DNA from: an uncultured Thermoleophilia bacterium
Lineage (GTDB): Bacteria > Actinomycetota > Thermoleophilia > UBA2241
Reading direction: 5' to 3'
Length of the DNA: 62,220 nt
Assembly (NCBI GenBank): GCA_903862845.1
Contig: CAIOZS010000112.1
Location: 1 to 62,220, forward strand
Position 1 is the first letter of the stretch, and each line of letters starts with the position of its first letter. The notes below the pieces were generated by a model that saw nothing but the letters and a program-made list of their open reading frames with translations, did no database searches and was not told the origin of the DNA. Below are positions 38,810-48,106 of the stretch, piece by piece. The translations under genes and the position numbers were made by a program.

Positions 38810-40195
38810 GTGGAAGCCAGGATCCCGACCCGCATGGGCGACGGTTTCATGGTCGAGATGACGCGCAGCGAGCTGCGCGCGGACATCCAGGTGGCCAGCG
38901 AAGAAGCGGCGCGCAGGGCCCGGGTGCCGCCGCTCACGGCCGACGAGCAGGCGCACCTGCTCGACATCTACGCGTCTCCGGCGGCCTTCACCGCCGTCGA
39001 TATCGGCGACCAGGTCGTGCTGAGCTGCGATGGCGGCGGCAGCAAGATGACGGGCACGGACATCCAGGACCTCCTGGAAAGCGAGCAGCGCCTGGGCCAG
39101 GACATCCTCGAGCTTTGGCATATCGAGTACAGCTACAAGGCGATCAAGACGATCCTGCCGTTTCAGCAGCAGGTGATGCAGAACGCGCAGCTGATGCTCA
39201 CGGCACCCATTCAATACGGCGCGCAGCCCAACCTCGCTTTCTACAGCAAGCCCGACGGCCCGGCCAGCAACTGGTTCGAGCTGCTCCCCAAAGGGGACAT
39301 CGCCGGAGCGCGGGCAGCCATCGACGAGGCGATGGAGCACGCGACGCAGGACATGGTGTACGTCACGGGCGGCATGATCGAGGCCGGCGCCGACGGTGTC
39401 GACTTCGACACCACCGGAGGCGCCGGCGACGGCGACTTCCTCAGCACCCTGCGCGCCGTGAAGCACGTGCGCGAGAAGTACCCGGAGGCCGGCATCGAGC
39501 TGGGCATGGCCGGCGAGCTCGTGATCGGCGTGCACGGCGAGCTTGAGTGGGAGGGCCGCCGGCTCGCCGGCCTGTGGCCACGCGAGCAGCTCGAGGTGTG
39601 CCAGGACGCCGGCGTCACCCTGTTCGGGCCGGCGGTCAACATCCGCACCAGCAAGAGCTGCGCCTGGAACATCGCCTACTCCCTCACGGTCATCAAGCCG
39701 TGCATGGAGGTGGCGCGCATCCCCGTGCACCCCAACGTCGGTGAAGGCGTGTGCGGCGTGCCGGTCAACGGCTATCCGCCCGAGGACGCCGCATCGCGGG
39801 CGGCGAAGGCCTTGGTCGACATCCTGCGCTGCGACGGCTTGTAGGTGGGCTCGGGTGACTCCCGGGGAATGGACGTCACCCACGCGCTCGCCGCAGGCAT
39901 GGGCGGGATGCGCACGGCCGGAGACCTGGTCGCGCGCATGCAGATGTCCCGTGGGATGCGCTTGAAGGAAGCCAAAGACTACGTGGCCGGCAAGCTCGGC
40001 TGCACGGTTCGCGACCTCAGTGACAGCTATGCGATGGAGCAGATCCGGGGGGAGAAGGGCCTGGGCCGGATCCTCGACCACTCCAACCTCCACCCCGGCG
40101 AGCCCAACGCGATGATGGCCAAGTTCCGCATCGCCGAGCTGCTCGGCATCCGCATCAACTCGGTCGACAAGTTCAGGGACCTGGCGGGACTGTAG
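38810..40195 (+). CDS. mtbB: Dimethylamine:corrinoid methyltransferase, pyrrolysine-containing (in-frame TAG 39842-39844)
   Basis: TRMGDG, HIEYSYK, YGAQPN, PDGP, GADGVDFDTTGGAGDGD, GMAGE, LAGLWP; ...ILRCDGL-TAG-VGSGDSRGM...GMRTAGDLVARMQ matches MtbB (GVDGI-O-IGVGDPLGM...GDLVARM); start 38810 or 38804. Confidence 0.93.
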
Positions 40196-40667
40196 CCGGG
40201 CCCTTGCGGCGCAGGATCTGCCCCACCATGGTCGAGGCCACGCCGATGGGCACCAGGAGGATGCCCGTCAGGAGCGTGACGTACAGGCCGAGGCCGGGTC
40301 GATACAGCTTGACCATCGAGTCGGCGGCATCGATCGCCTGCAGCACGAACACAATGCCGGCGACCGCGACGACGGCGCCGGCGGCCATCGTCAGCAGGCG
40401 GGGCCCGAGGACGAGCGACACGACGCCGACAACCACGACGGCGATCGCCGCCACGAGCACGGGCGGCCCCCACCTGGTGTTCAGCACCCCTACGACGCCG
40501 GGGGCCCTCTGAAGACTGAAGTTGACGTCCTCCGCCGAATAGTCGTTGGCCCACGGCAGCAGGACCGCCACAATCCCCACGGCGCCGCCGACGATCGCCA
40601 GCACGGCGTCGCCGTTCCAGTCCCACCGTGAGAATCTGTGCTTACGCATCACTGTCTTCATCGGCAT
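40173..40667 (-). CDS. Hypothetical membrane protein (about 4 TMs)
   Basis: RBS AGGAGG; hydrophobic; LLPW motif; overlaps the 3' end of mtbB by 23 nt. Confidence 0.75.
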   Translation of the reverse strand: MPMKTVMRKHRFSRWDWNGDAVLAIVGGAVGIVAVLLPWANDYSAEDVNFSLQRAPGVVGVLNTRWGPPVLVAAIAVVVVGVVSLVLGPRLLTMAAGAVVAVAGIVFVLQAIDAADSMVKLYRPGLGLYVTLLTGILLVPIGVASTMVGQILRRKGPATVPPGP

Positions 40668-40835
40668 CCGTCGGCTGCCTCCTGATACCTCGCCGCGAGC
40701 CGCGCCCAAACGTCCTCGTCGCGCCAATCGCTGAAGGAAGGCGCCCCTCGCGCCGATAGAGAAGCTGGCCGGCGGAGGACGCGCCGGCCGCGAGGGCCGC
40801 TCGTAGCGGCTGCCGGCAAAGACGGAGGAATGTGC

Positions 40836-41213
40836 ATGAGACGCGTCGTGAGCATCGCGCTGCTGGCGCTTCTGGCGCTCGGGGTCGCCGGCGCGATGGC
40901 CGCCTGTGGCACGAAGGACATCCAGACGCCCACCGCCAACATCGACGTGGCCAAGAACCTGGCCGCGAAGGGCGAGATCATGATGGTGAAGACGGGCGTC
41001 GCCGCCTACGTCGCGACCAACGGCACACTCCCGGCGACGGCGACGCAGGACGTGCTCGGCAGCTTCGTGGACCCCTGGCCCAAGAACCCCTGGACCCAGG
41101 CCCCGATGGCGCAGGGCACGCAGTCGGGAGACATCGCCTACACGCCGGGGGCCGGCACGAGCTACACGCTGGGCGTGGTGCTCGCCGACGGAAGCGTCTT
41201 CGCCGCCCCCTGA
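40836..41213 (+). CDS. Lipoprotein with pseudopilin (GspG)-like WPxNPWT domain
   Basis: RBS GGAGG; lipobox-like MAA-C; DPWPKNPWTQAPM. Confidence 0.75.
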   Translation: MRRVVSIALLALLALGVAGAMAACGTKDIQTPTANIDVAKNLAAKGEIMMVKTGVAAYVATNGTLPATATQDVLGSFVDPWPKNPWTQAPMAQGTQSGDIAYTPGAGTSYTLGVVLADGSVFAAP

Positions 41214-41292
41214 GGCAGAGGCAGCCCCGCGCCCGCCGCCCCTTGAGTGCCTCCGCGCCGCTTGGTACCCTACCTCGTAGAAAGGGGCGCGC

Positions 41293-42417
41293 GTGGAGGG
41301 ACTCTCTCAGGTCGGATGGCGTGCCAAGCTCGTTCTCGTGGCCGTCGGCGCCGCCTGCCTCTTTGGCAGCGCCCTGCCGGTCGTGGCCAGCGAAGAGGCC
41401 GCCACTCCCACCTGGATGCGGCACGACTACTTCAGCCGAGGCTGGGATCGCAGTTTCAAGTGCGACCTCGCCGAGGAGATGCCCCAGGTGCCGCGCGTCG
41501 TCGTTTTCGGGGGGTCGCGCGGCCTGCGCATGGACCCGGCGACGATCAAGCGTTGCACGGGCCTCACGGCATTCAACTTCGCCTTCCACAACGGCCGCCC
41601 CGAGGATTCGTGGGCAGTCACCGATTGGCTCATCGACACCCACCCCGACAAGCCTCCGGCCGTGATCTGGTGCATCCAGCCCACGACGCTGACCGACGTG
41701 CCCATGGCCCCCGGCCTGATCGTCGACAAGCGACTCTCGCAGGCGTTCCCGAAGGCGCTCATCAAGGCGCAGTTGGCCGCTGTGATGCGGCAGCCGAAGC
41801 ACAACGTGCTCTCGGGACGCCGCTTCGGCTTCGACGGGATGCTCTGGTGGAATAACTACGACCGCAAGCGCAAGGAGGGCATCACCCTCGAGCAGTCACT
41901 CATCCGCTACCTGGACACCAAAATGCTGGCCAGGGCCGGCAACGGCAAGATCCCGCAGGGCACCCGTGCGATGGCGTACTTCGCGCGCACGATCCGCCTG
42001 CTGAACGCCAACCACATCAAGCCGCTGATCGTGATCATGCCGTACCACCCCCAGGCGCTCAGGGCCTTCATGTCGGTCGGCTGGGGCGTCAAGGAAGTCT
42101 GGCTGCGCTCGTATCTCGCGAGGCTCCAGAAGCACTTGAGCTTCAAAGTGCTGAATTGCCTGCAGATCAGCACGTTCGGCGGCAGTCCGGACGGCTTCTA
42201 CGACGGCGCTCACCTGACCGCGGAGAACGCGCGGCTCCTGATCCGCTACTGCGTCCGGATGGCGCCGTCGTGCTTCCGCGTGCCCACGCCGGCGCCGAGC
42301 CCGTCGCCGAGCCCGAGTCCGTCGCCGAGCCCGAGTCCCAGCGGCGCACCCGTGCCGGCGCCGGCGTACACGCCGGTATCCGAGGACTCGAGCGTCCCGG
42401 CCGACCTCCTCGAGTAG
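41293..42417 (+). CDS. Secreted SGNH/DltD-like protein with Pro-Ser tail
   Basis: Signal peptide; VFGGSR, FNFA, FYDGAHL (DxxH). Confidence 0.65.
   Translation: MEGLSQVGWRAKLVLVAVGAACLFGSALPVVASEEAATPTWMRHDYFSRGWDRSFKCDLAEEMPQVPRVVVFGGSRGLRMDPATIKRCTGLTAFNFAFHNGRPEDSWAVTDWLIDTHPDKPPAVIWCIQPTTLTDVPMAPGLIVDKRLSQAFPKALIKAQLAAVMRQPKHNVLSGRRFGFDGMLWWNNYDRKRKEGITLEQSLIRYLDTKMLARAGNGKIPQGTRAMAYFARTIRLLNANHIKPLIVIMPYHPQALRAFMSVGWGVKEVWLRSYLARLQKHLSFKVLNCLQISTFGGSPDGFYDGAHLTAENARLLIRYCVRMAPSCFRVPTPAPSPSPSPSPSPSPSPSGAPVPAPAYTPVSEDSSVPADLLE
42295..42342 (+). repeat. Coding (Pro-Ser)8 low-complexity repeat
   Basis: Tandem ccg-agc / ccg-tcg / ccg-agt codons. Confidence 0.8.
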
Positions 42418-42454
42418 CCGGGCGGAGGCCGGCGCTGCGGCGCCGGCCGCAGGC

Positions 42455-43831
42455 TCAGGCGCCGATGATCTTCTTGACCATGGAGGCGCGCCGGGACGGA
42501 CGGCCGCTGCGCGCTTCGTAGTCGTCGGCGCCGGCCATCGCTTTGAGCGAGGCGTTCACTCCCAGCCAGCGGAAGGGCTCGGGTTCCCATGCCTTGGAGC
42601 GATGGTTCACCCACGGCAGCCTCGTGAGATCGCTCTGCTCGCCGAGAATGAGATCGCGAAGCGTGCGGCCGGCGAGGTTCGTGGTGGCCACTCCGTCGCC
42701 CACGTAGGCGCCGGCCCAGGCCATGCCGGTCTCCTTCTCCAGGCCCACCGAGCAGTTCCAGTCGCGAGACGCGGCGATCGCCCCGCCCCAGCGGTGCGTC
42801 ACGCGCACGTCGCCGATCTGCGGGAAGAGGGCGCCAAGGAGGTCGCGCAGATGGTCCTGCACCGCAGGCACACGCTCGAAGGCCTCGCTGAGACGCGAGT
42901 TGAAGTGGTACGGGGCGCCGCGGCCGCCGATGGCGATGCGCCCGTCGTCGGTGTGCATCGCGTAGAAGATGAGGTGGCGGAAGTCGCCGAAGACCTCGTG
43001 GCCCGACCAGCCGACCTCATCCCAGAAGGAGTCGGGGAGCGGCTCGGTGCCGATCATCAGCGAGTAGATCGGCACCACGTGCCGCTCGTAGCCGGGGAGC
43101 AACGGCGTGAACGCCTCGGTGGCACGCACGACGACCTCGGCCGATACCGCGCCGAAGGGTGTCTGCGCCCGGTGCGGCGCCAGTGAGGTGACGGGGGTGC
43201 GCTCGTAGATGGGCACCCCCAGCCGCTCCACGGCCTCGGCGAGGCCGCGCGCCAGGCGAGCCGGGTCGACGGCGGCGCCGTGCGACGTGTAGCCGCCGCC
43301 GAGGCACCCGGCCACCCTGAGGCGGGCGCGCATCTCGGCGGCGCCGAGCAGCGCATAGTCGTCCTCGCCAAAGCCCCATGAGCGCTCGTACTCGAGGGCC
43401 TCGCGGGCGCGCAGGAGCTGCACGGGAGTGGTAGCGAGGTCGAGCTGGCCGCCGATGTGGAAGCGCGCGTCGATGTGCTCCTCGGCGACCACGCGCGCGA
43501 TCTCCGGGACAGTGGCGTAGAGCGCCCGCTGCTGATCGATCACGGCCTGCCGGCCATGCGTCTCGGCGGCGCGCTCGCGCGAGCCGGGAAAGGTCGTGTG
43601 ACACCAGCCGCCGTTGCGTCCCGAGGCTCCGAAGCCGGCGATCTCCTTGTCGAGCACAGCCACGCGGAGCTTGGGATCCGCCCTCTTCAGGTAGTAGGCG
43701 GTCCACAGCCCCGTGTACCCGGCGCCGACGACGGCAACATCGAGGTCGATGGGACCGGCCAGAGAAGGCCGCGGGGCAAGCTCGCCGGGCACGCCGTCGA
43801 GCCACATGCTGCGGGAACGGTAGTCGGTCAT
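42455..43831 (-). CDS. FAD-dependent oxidoreductase (DAO/PuuB-like amine oxidase)
   Basis: VVGAGYTGLWTA, GASGRNGGW, WGG, WEPEPFRW. Confidence 0.9.
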   Translation of the reverse strand: MTDYRSRSMWLDGVPGELAPRPSLAGPIDLDVAVVGAGYTGLWTAYYLKRADPKLRVAVLDKEIAGFGASGRNGGWCHTTFPGSRERAAETHGRQAVIDQQRALYATVPEIARVVAEEHIDARFHIGGQLDLATTPVQLLRAREALEYERSWGFGEDDYALLGAAEMRARLRVAGCLGGGYTSHGAAVDPARLARGLAEAVERLGVPIYERTPVTSLAPHRAQTPFGAVSAEVVVRATEAFTPLLPGYERHVVPIYSLMIGTEPLPDSFWDEVGWSGHEVFGDFRHLIFYAMHTDDGRIAIGGRGAPYHFNSRLSEAFERVPAVQDHLRDLLGALFPQIGDVRVTHRWGGAIAASRDWNCSVGLEKETGMAWAGAYVGDGVATTNLAGRTLRDLILGEQSDLTRLPWVNHRSKAWEPEPFRWLGVNASLKAMAGADDYEARSGRPSRRASMVKKIIGA

Positions 43832-43929
43832 GGCAGGCTCCTTCAGGGACGGCGCAATCCTACCAAAGCCCGGTCGCCTCAGGCTTGGTTTGCCCGGTGG
43901 TAAATACCGGGCGAGAGCAGGTGACAGCG

Positions 43930-44526
43930 ATGAGCGTGACCCACTTCATCGAGGCCTACAAAGGCCGGCCGCCGTGGGACATCGGGAGGCCCCAGCCCGC
44001 CTTCGAGGGGCTCGCCGACGCCGGCGAGATCGTCGGGCCGGTGCTCGACGCCGGCTGCGGCACAGGAGAAAACGCCCTGTTTCTCGCCGCCCGCGGATTC
44101 GAGGTCGTGGGCGTCGACGCCGTGGAGGCCGCCGTGGAGGCCGCGCGCCGCAAAGCGCTCGCGCGCGGCCTCAAGGCCGAGCTTCTTGTCCACGACGCCC
44201 TCGCGCTCGAGGGGCTCGGGCGTCGCTTCGCGACGGTCATCGATTCGGGTCTGTTCCACACGTTTGGCGATCGCGAGCGCAGGCGCTTCGTGCGGTCGCT
44301 GGCTGCGGCGCTCTCGCTCGGCGGCCACTACTACGTGCTGTGCTTCAGCGAACGTGAGCTGCGGGAGGGCGGCCCGCGCCGCGTCACCCAGGCCGAGCTG
44401 CGCGCGGTCTTCGACCACCCGCCGTTTCGCGTGCTCTCCATCGAGGCGGCGGAGATGGCCGCCAACCTCGATGGTGAAGGCCGCAAGGCCTGGCTGGCGC
44501 GCATCGAGCGGGTGGCGAACAGGTAG
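43930..44526 (+). CDS. Class I SAM-dependent methyltransferase
   Basis: PPWDIGRPQP, VLDAGCGTG, DSGLFH. Confidence 0.9.
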   Translation: MSVTHFIEAYKGRPPWDIGRPQPAFEGLADAGEIVGPVLDAGCGTGENALFLAARGFEVVGVDAVEAAVEAARRKALARGLKAELLVHDALALEGLGRRFATVIDSGLFHTFGDRERRRFVRSLAAALSLGGHYYVLCFSERELREGGPRRVTQAELRAVFDHPPFRVLSIEAAEMAANLDGEGRKAWLARIERVANR

Positions 44527-44547
44527 TCCGAGGGACCCGTCTTCGGG

Positions 44548-45480
44548 TCAGGGCACCAGCACGATCTTGCCGAGCGCCGGACGCTCCATGACATGACGGT
44601 GGGCCCGTGCGGCCTCCGCGAGCGGGAGCTCGCGGCTCACCACGGGCCGCAGCCAGCCGTCCCGCAGCCCAGCCCCGATGGCCGCATGAGCCGCGGCAAG
44701 GTCCTCCGTCGTGGCGTTCGCCAGCAGCATCCCCAGCACCACGCCCTCGGCGTTCATCAGGTCGCGCGGATCGAGCTCCACCGGGCCACGGCTGCCGACC
44801 ACGACGACCCGGCCGCGAGGCGCGAGGGCGGTGAGATCGTCGCCGAGGTTCAGGTTGGCCAGAAGCTCGACGATGAGGTCGAAGCCGCGGCCGCCGGTGG
44901 TCGCGAAGGCGGCCTGCAGGTGCAGCGGGTCGCGGTGGTCGAAGACGCGCGCCGCACCCTGAGCGGCAATCAGCTCCCGTCCGGCGTCGCTGCCGGCGGT
45001 GCCGACCACCGCCAGGCCGGCGGCGAGCGCGAACTGGACCGTCGCGAGGCCCACGCCGCCGCTGGCTCCGTGCACCAGCACCGTCTCTCCGGCTCGCGCC
45101 TCTGCACGCTGGAAGAGGGCCCTGTGGGCGGTCACGTAGGGCACGCCGAGGGCTGCGCCCTGGGCGTAGGAGAGGTACTCCGGCAGCGGGCGGACCTGGT
45201 CGCGCCGGCACAGGGCGTACTCGGCATAGGTGCCGCTGAGCGAGCCGGCCACGTAGACGCGAGCACCGTCCTGCAGCACTCCGGCGGCATCGGAGCCGGG
45301 TGTGTAGGGCAGGGCCGGCAACTTTCCATAGGCGCCGGCCCGTACGTAGGTGTCGACGGGGTTCACCCCGGCGGCCTGTACGCGAACCAGTACTTCGTCG
45401 TCCACCGGCTCCGGCTCCGGCAGTTCTTCGAGGCGCAGGACGTCGGGACCGCCGAACTCGCGCACGCGGATCGCACGCAT
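44548..45480 (-). CDS. NADPH:quinone reductase (zeta-crystallin/MDR family)
   Basis: GVNPVD, PYTPGSD, VHGASGGVG, GKIVL. Confidence 0.92.
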   Translation of the reverse strand: MRAIRVREFGGPDVLRLEELPEPEPVDDEVLVRVQAAGVNPVDTYVRAGAYGKLPALPYTPGSDAAGVLQDGARVYVAGSLSGTYAEYALCRRDQVRPLPEYLSYAQGAALGVPYVTAHRALFQRAEARAGETVLVHGASGGVGLATVQFALAAGLAVVGTAGSDAGRELIAAQGAARVFDHRDPLHLQAAFATTGGRGFDLIVELLANLNLGDDLTALAPRGRVVVVGSRGPVELDPRDLMNAEGVVLGMLLANATTEDLAAAHAAIGAGLRDGWLRPVVSRELPLAEAARAHRHVMERPALGKIVLVP

Positions 45481-45508
45481 GGACTTCCTCTCCGTTGGTC
45501 GCCTGTGA

Positions 45509-46606
45509 TCAGGGAAGGGTGTACGTGAGACCGTTGCTGATATAGCCGGTGAGCTTGTACCCGGCGCCGCCGTTGAGCTGCTCGTAGGTGTAGTCGCCGG
45601 GCTGCGTGCCTGGTTTCATGGGCTGGCCGGTGTAGGGGTTGGACGGCCACGGGTCCACGTACGTGGCGATGCCGCCGGTCTCGCTCACGTCGGTTGGTGT
45701 CGGGTAGAGGTTGTTGTTGTTCGTGGACCACGTGATGACACCGACCTCCAGCTTGTCGATGGCGTCGATGACCTGCTGGTCGGCGCCCCCCGTGGGCGAG
45801 GCGCTCGGGCTCGGCGACGGCGAAAGCGTCGGCGTCGGCGTGACCGTCGGAGAGGCGGAGGGCGAGGCGGAAGGCGAGGCGGGCACCAGTGCCGCCACGC
45901 GCTCGAGCGGGATGACGACGGTGGTCTGGTTGCCCCCCGTGACCTTCATGTCGGCGAGGTCCATGCCGGGGCCGGCCTCGAGAGTGATCTCGAACGGCCC
46001 CGAGAGGCCGCCGATCGTCTCGGTGCTCTGCAGGGCGAAGGTAAGGTCCTTGCCTTTCGTGGTGGCCGCTGCCGTACCGAGGACCTGGAGCGTGCTGCCG
46101 TAGACGGTGACCTGGTAGCCCTGGCCTGACGGCTCGACGACGACGCCTCCGCCCGTGCCGTCGCTGCGGCCCCAGGCCCCGACCCAGTCGAACGCGGAGG
46201 TAGGGCTCGGCTGGGGAGCCGGCTTCTCGCCCTTGTCGCGAAGCACGAAATACCACGCCGCGGCCGCCGCGGCCAGCACCAACAGCACGACGACGAGGAC
46301 GATCCACCACGTGTTGGAGCTCTGCTTCGGCGGCCGCGACATCATCAGCGTCGGTTGCGGTCGTGGCGGAAGCGGCGGTGACGCGGCGTTGCCGGCGGCC
46401 GGCATCACCCGCGTCTCGTCGATGGCTTCGCCGCCCATGACGCGGGTGGCACCGGCGTCAGGCGGCGGCGCGACGAGCGTCTCGCCGGCGTCGGGTGGGG
46501 TGACGGCCGTCTCCGCCGCGTCGGCCTCGCCTGCCGCGGTCTCGCCGCCTCCAGGCGACTGTGCGGAGATGTCGTCGGGCGGCCTGCCCGTGGTCTCGTT
46601 GTCCAT
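45509..46606 (-). CDS. Membrane-anchored protein with Pro/Ser/Thr linker and C-terminal WPxNPYT domain
   Basis: RBS GGGAGG; acidic N-terminus, one TM, SPSASPS linker, DPWPSNPYTGQPM. Confidence 0.75.
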   Translation of the reverse strand: MDNETTGRPPDDISAQSPGGGETAAGEADAAETAVTPPDAGETLVAPPPDAGATRVMGGEAIDETRVMPAAGNAASPPLPPRPQPTLMMSRPPKQSSNTWWIVLVVVLLVLAAAAAAWYFVLRDKGEKPAPQPSPTSAFDWVGAWGRSDGTGGGVVVEPSGQGYQVTVYGSTLQVLGTAAATTKGKDLTFALQSTETIGGLSGPFEITLEAGPGMDLADMKVTGGNQTTVVIPLERVAALVPASPSASPSASPTVTPTPTLSPSPSPSASPTGGADQQVIDAIDKLEVGVITWSTNNNNLYPTPTDVSETGGIATYVDPWPSNPYTGQPMKPGTQPGDYTYEQLNGGAGYKLTGYISNGLTYTLP

Positions 46607-46672
46607 GCTCGCCCTCCCGGCTGGGTGACGCGTGTGTGGGGTCGTCGTGGCTATGCCCTCTCTTTGCCCCGT

Positions 46673-47971
46673 TCAGGCTGTTCCCTCTTCGAGACCCTTC
46701 CAAAGCTCGAAGAAGTGCGGACAGGTCTTGCTCACGCAGCCCGGGTCCTCGACAATCACGCCGCGGACCCGCAGCCCGAGCACGGCAAACGACATCGCGA
46801 TGCGGTGGTCGCCGTGCGGGTCTATACGTCCGCCGGTTGGCGTGCCCGGGTACACGCGCAGGAAATCGGGCCCCGAGGCGGTCTTGACGCCGAGGCGCCG
46901 CAGGTTGGTCTCCATGGCGGCGATGCGGTCGGATTCCTTGAGGCGCACGTTGGCGATGCCGGTGATCGTCACCGGCGAGCTCGCGAAGGGGGCGACGGCC
47001 GCCAGGGTCATGAACGTGTCCGAGATGTCGCTCATGTCGGCGCTCAGGCCGGCCGGCGTGCCGGGGCCGGCCACCACGACGCCGTCCGGCTCGTCACGCA
47101 CGGAGCAGCCCATCGCCTCCAGCACGTCGAGAAACCGGATGTCGCCCTGCAAGCAGCCTTCGCGGCGCAGCCCGAGCACTTTCACCCGGCCGCCGCTGAC
47201 GGCGGCGGCGGCGAAGAAGTACGAGGCCGTGGAGACATCCGGCTCGACGACGTAGTCCCTGCCCCCGTAGACGGCCGGGACCACGCGAAAGTGCTCGTGC
47301 CCGCGGCGCTCGGCATCCACGCCGAACCGCGCCATCATGGCGAGGGTCATGTCGACATAGGGGCGACTGACGAGGCCCTCGACGGCCAGCTCCAGCGGCG
47401 CGCGCCCGAGCGGCGCGGCCATCAGCAGCGCCGAGACAAACTGGCTCGAGGTAGCGCCGGGCAGCCGCAGGCTGCCGCCCTTCAGGCCGCGAGCCTCCAA
47501 CGTCAGCGGCAGGCAGTCGGCGTCCGGTGGCTCGGTCCTCGCTCCCTGCGCGCGCAGCGCCTCAAGAAGGTCGGCCAGCGGCCGGCGCTGAAGCTGAGGC
47601 GCCGCGTCCAGCCGGTAGCGACCCCGGCCGGCGGCGCAGGCGGCGAGCAGGAACCGCGCTGCGGTGCCCGCCTCGGCGCACCAGACGTCGGCCTCGGCGC
47701 TGGGGATGCGGCCGGCGCCGCCGCGCACGCGCCAGACGCCGGCCGCATCCTGAGCGACCGCGAAGCCCAAAGAGCGGAGCCCGGCGGCGAAGGCCAGCGT
47801 GTCGCCGGCGGCGAGGGCACCGCGCAGCGTCGAGGACCCGCCGGCGAGCGCCGCCAGGAGCAAGGCTCGGTTGGTGATGCTCTTTGAGCCCGGCACGCGC
47901 ACCGAAACGTCCAGCCCGCTCCGTGCCGGGCGGATCGCGCGCTCGCTCTCTCTGTCTGGGACGCCGCTCAT
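46673..47971 (-). CDS. aroA: 3-phosphoshikimate 1-carboxyvinyltransferase (EPSP synthase)
   Basis: PGSKSITNR, AGTAARF, SSQFVSALL, RLKESDRI, DHRIAM. Confidence 0.96.
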   Translation of the reverse strand: MSGVPDRESERAIRPARSGLDVSVRVPGSKSITNRALLLAALAGGSSTLRGALAAGDTLAFAAGLRSLGFAVAQDAAGVWRVRGGAGRIPSAEADVWCAEAGTAARFLLAACAAGRGRYRLDAAPQLQRRPLADLLEALRAQGARTEPPDADCLPLTLEARGLKGGSLRLPGATSSQFVSALLMAAPLGRAPLELAVEGLVSRPYVDMTLAMMARFGVDAERRGHEHFRVVPAVYGGRDYVVEPDVSTASYFFAAAAVSGGRVKVLGLRREGCLQGDIRFLDVLEAMGCSVRDEPDGVVVAGPGTPAGLSADMSDISDTFMTLAAVAPFASSPVTITGIANVRLKESDRIAAMETNLRRLGVKTASGPDFLRVYPGTPTGGRIDPHGDHRIAMSFAVLGLRVRGVIVEDPGCVSKTCPHFFELWKGLEEGTA

Positions 47972-48106
47972 GTGACCGTCCCGATGATATCCCAGGGCGC
48001 CGGCATGAGGGCGTGTCCGCAAGCGCCCTCTCGGGGTGAGCTCAGGCGCCGCGCCACCGTCGTGATTGAGGGCGTCACGACCTCGCGCTCAAGGGGCCTG
48101 AGCCGA

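Noticed and set aside
36424-40195. Calling mttB and mtbB pseudogenes or split genes
   Set aside because: Each has a single TAG at the known Pyl position, with no frameshift and intact motifs on both sides
18651-44526. Further Pyl proteins among the other TAG-ending genes
   Set aside because: Those TAGs fall at natural family C-termini with no recognisable homology beyond them
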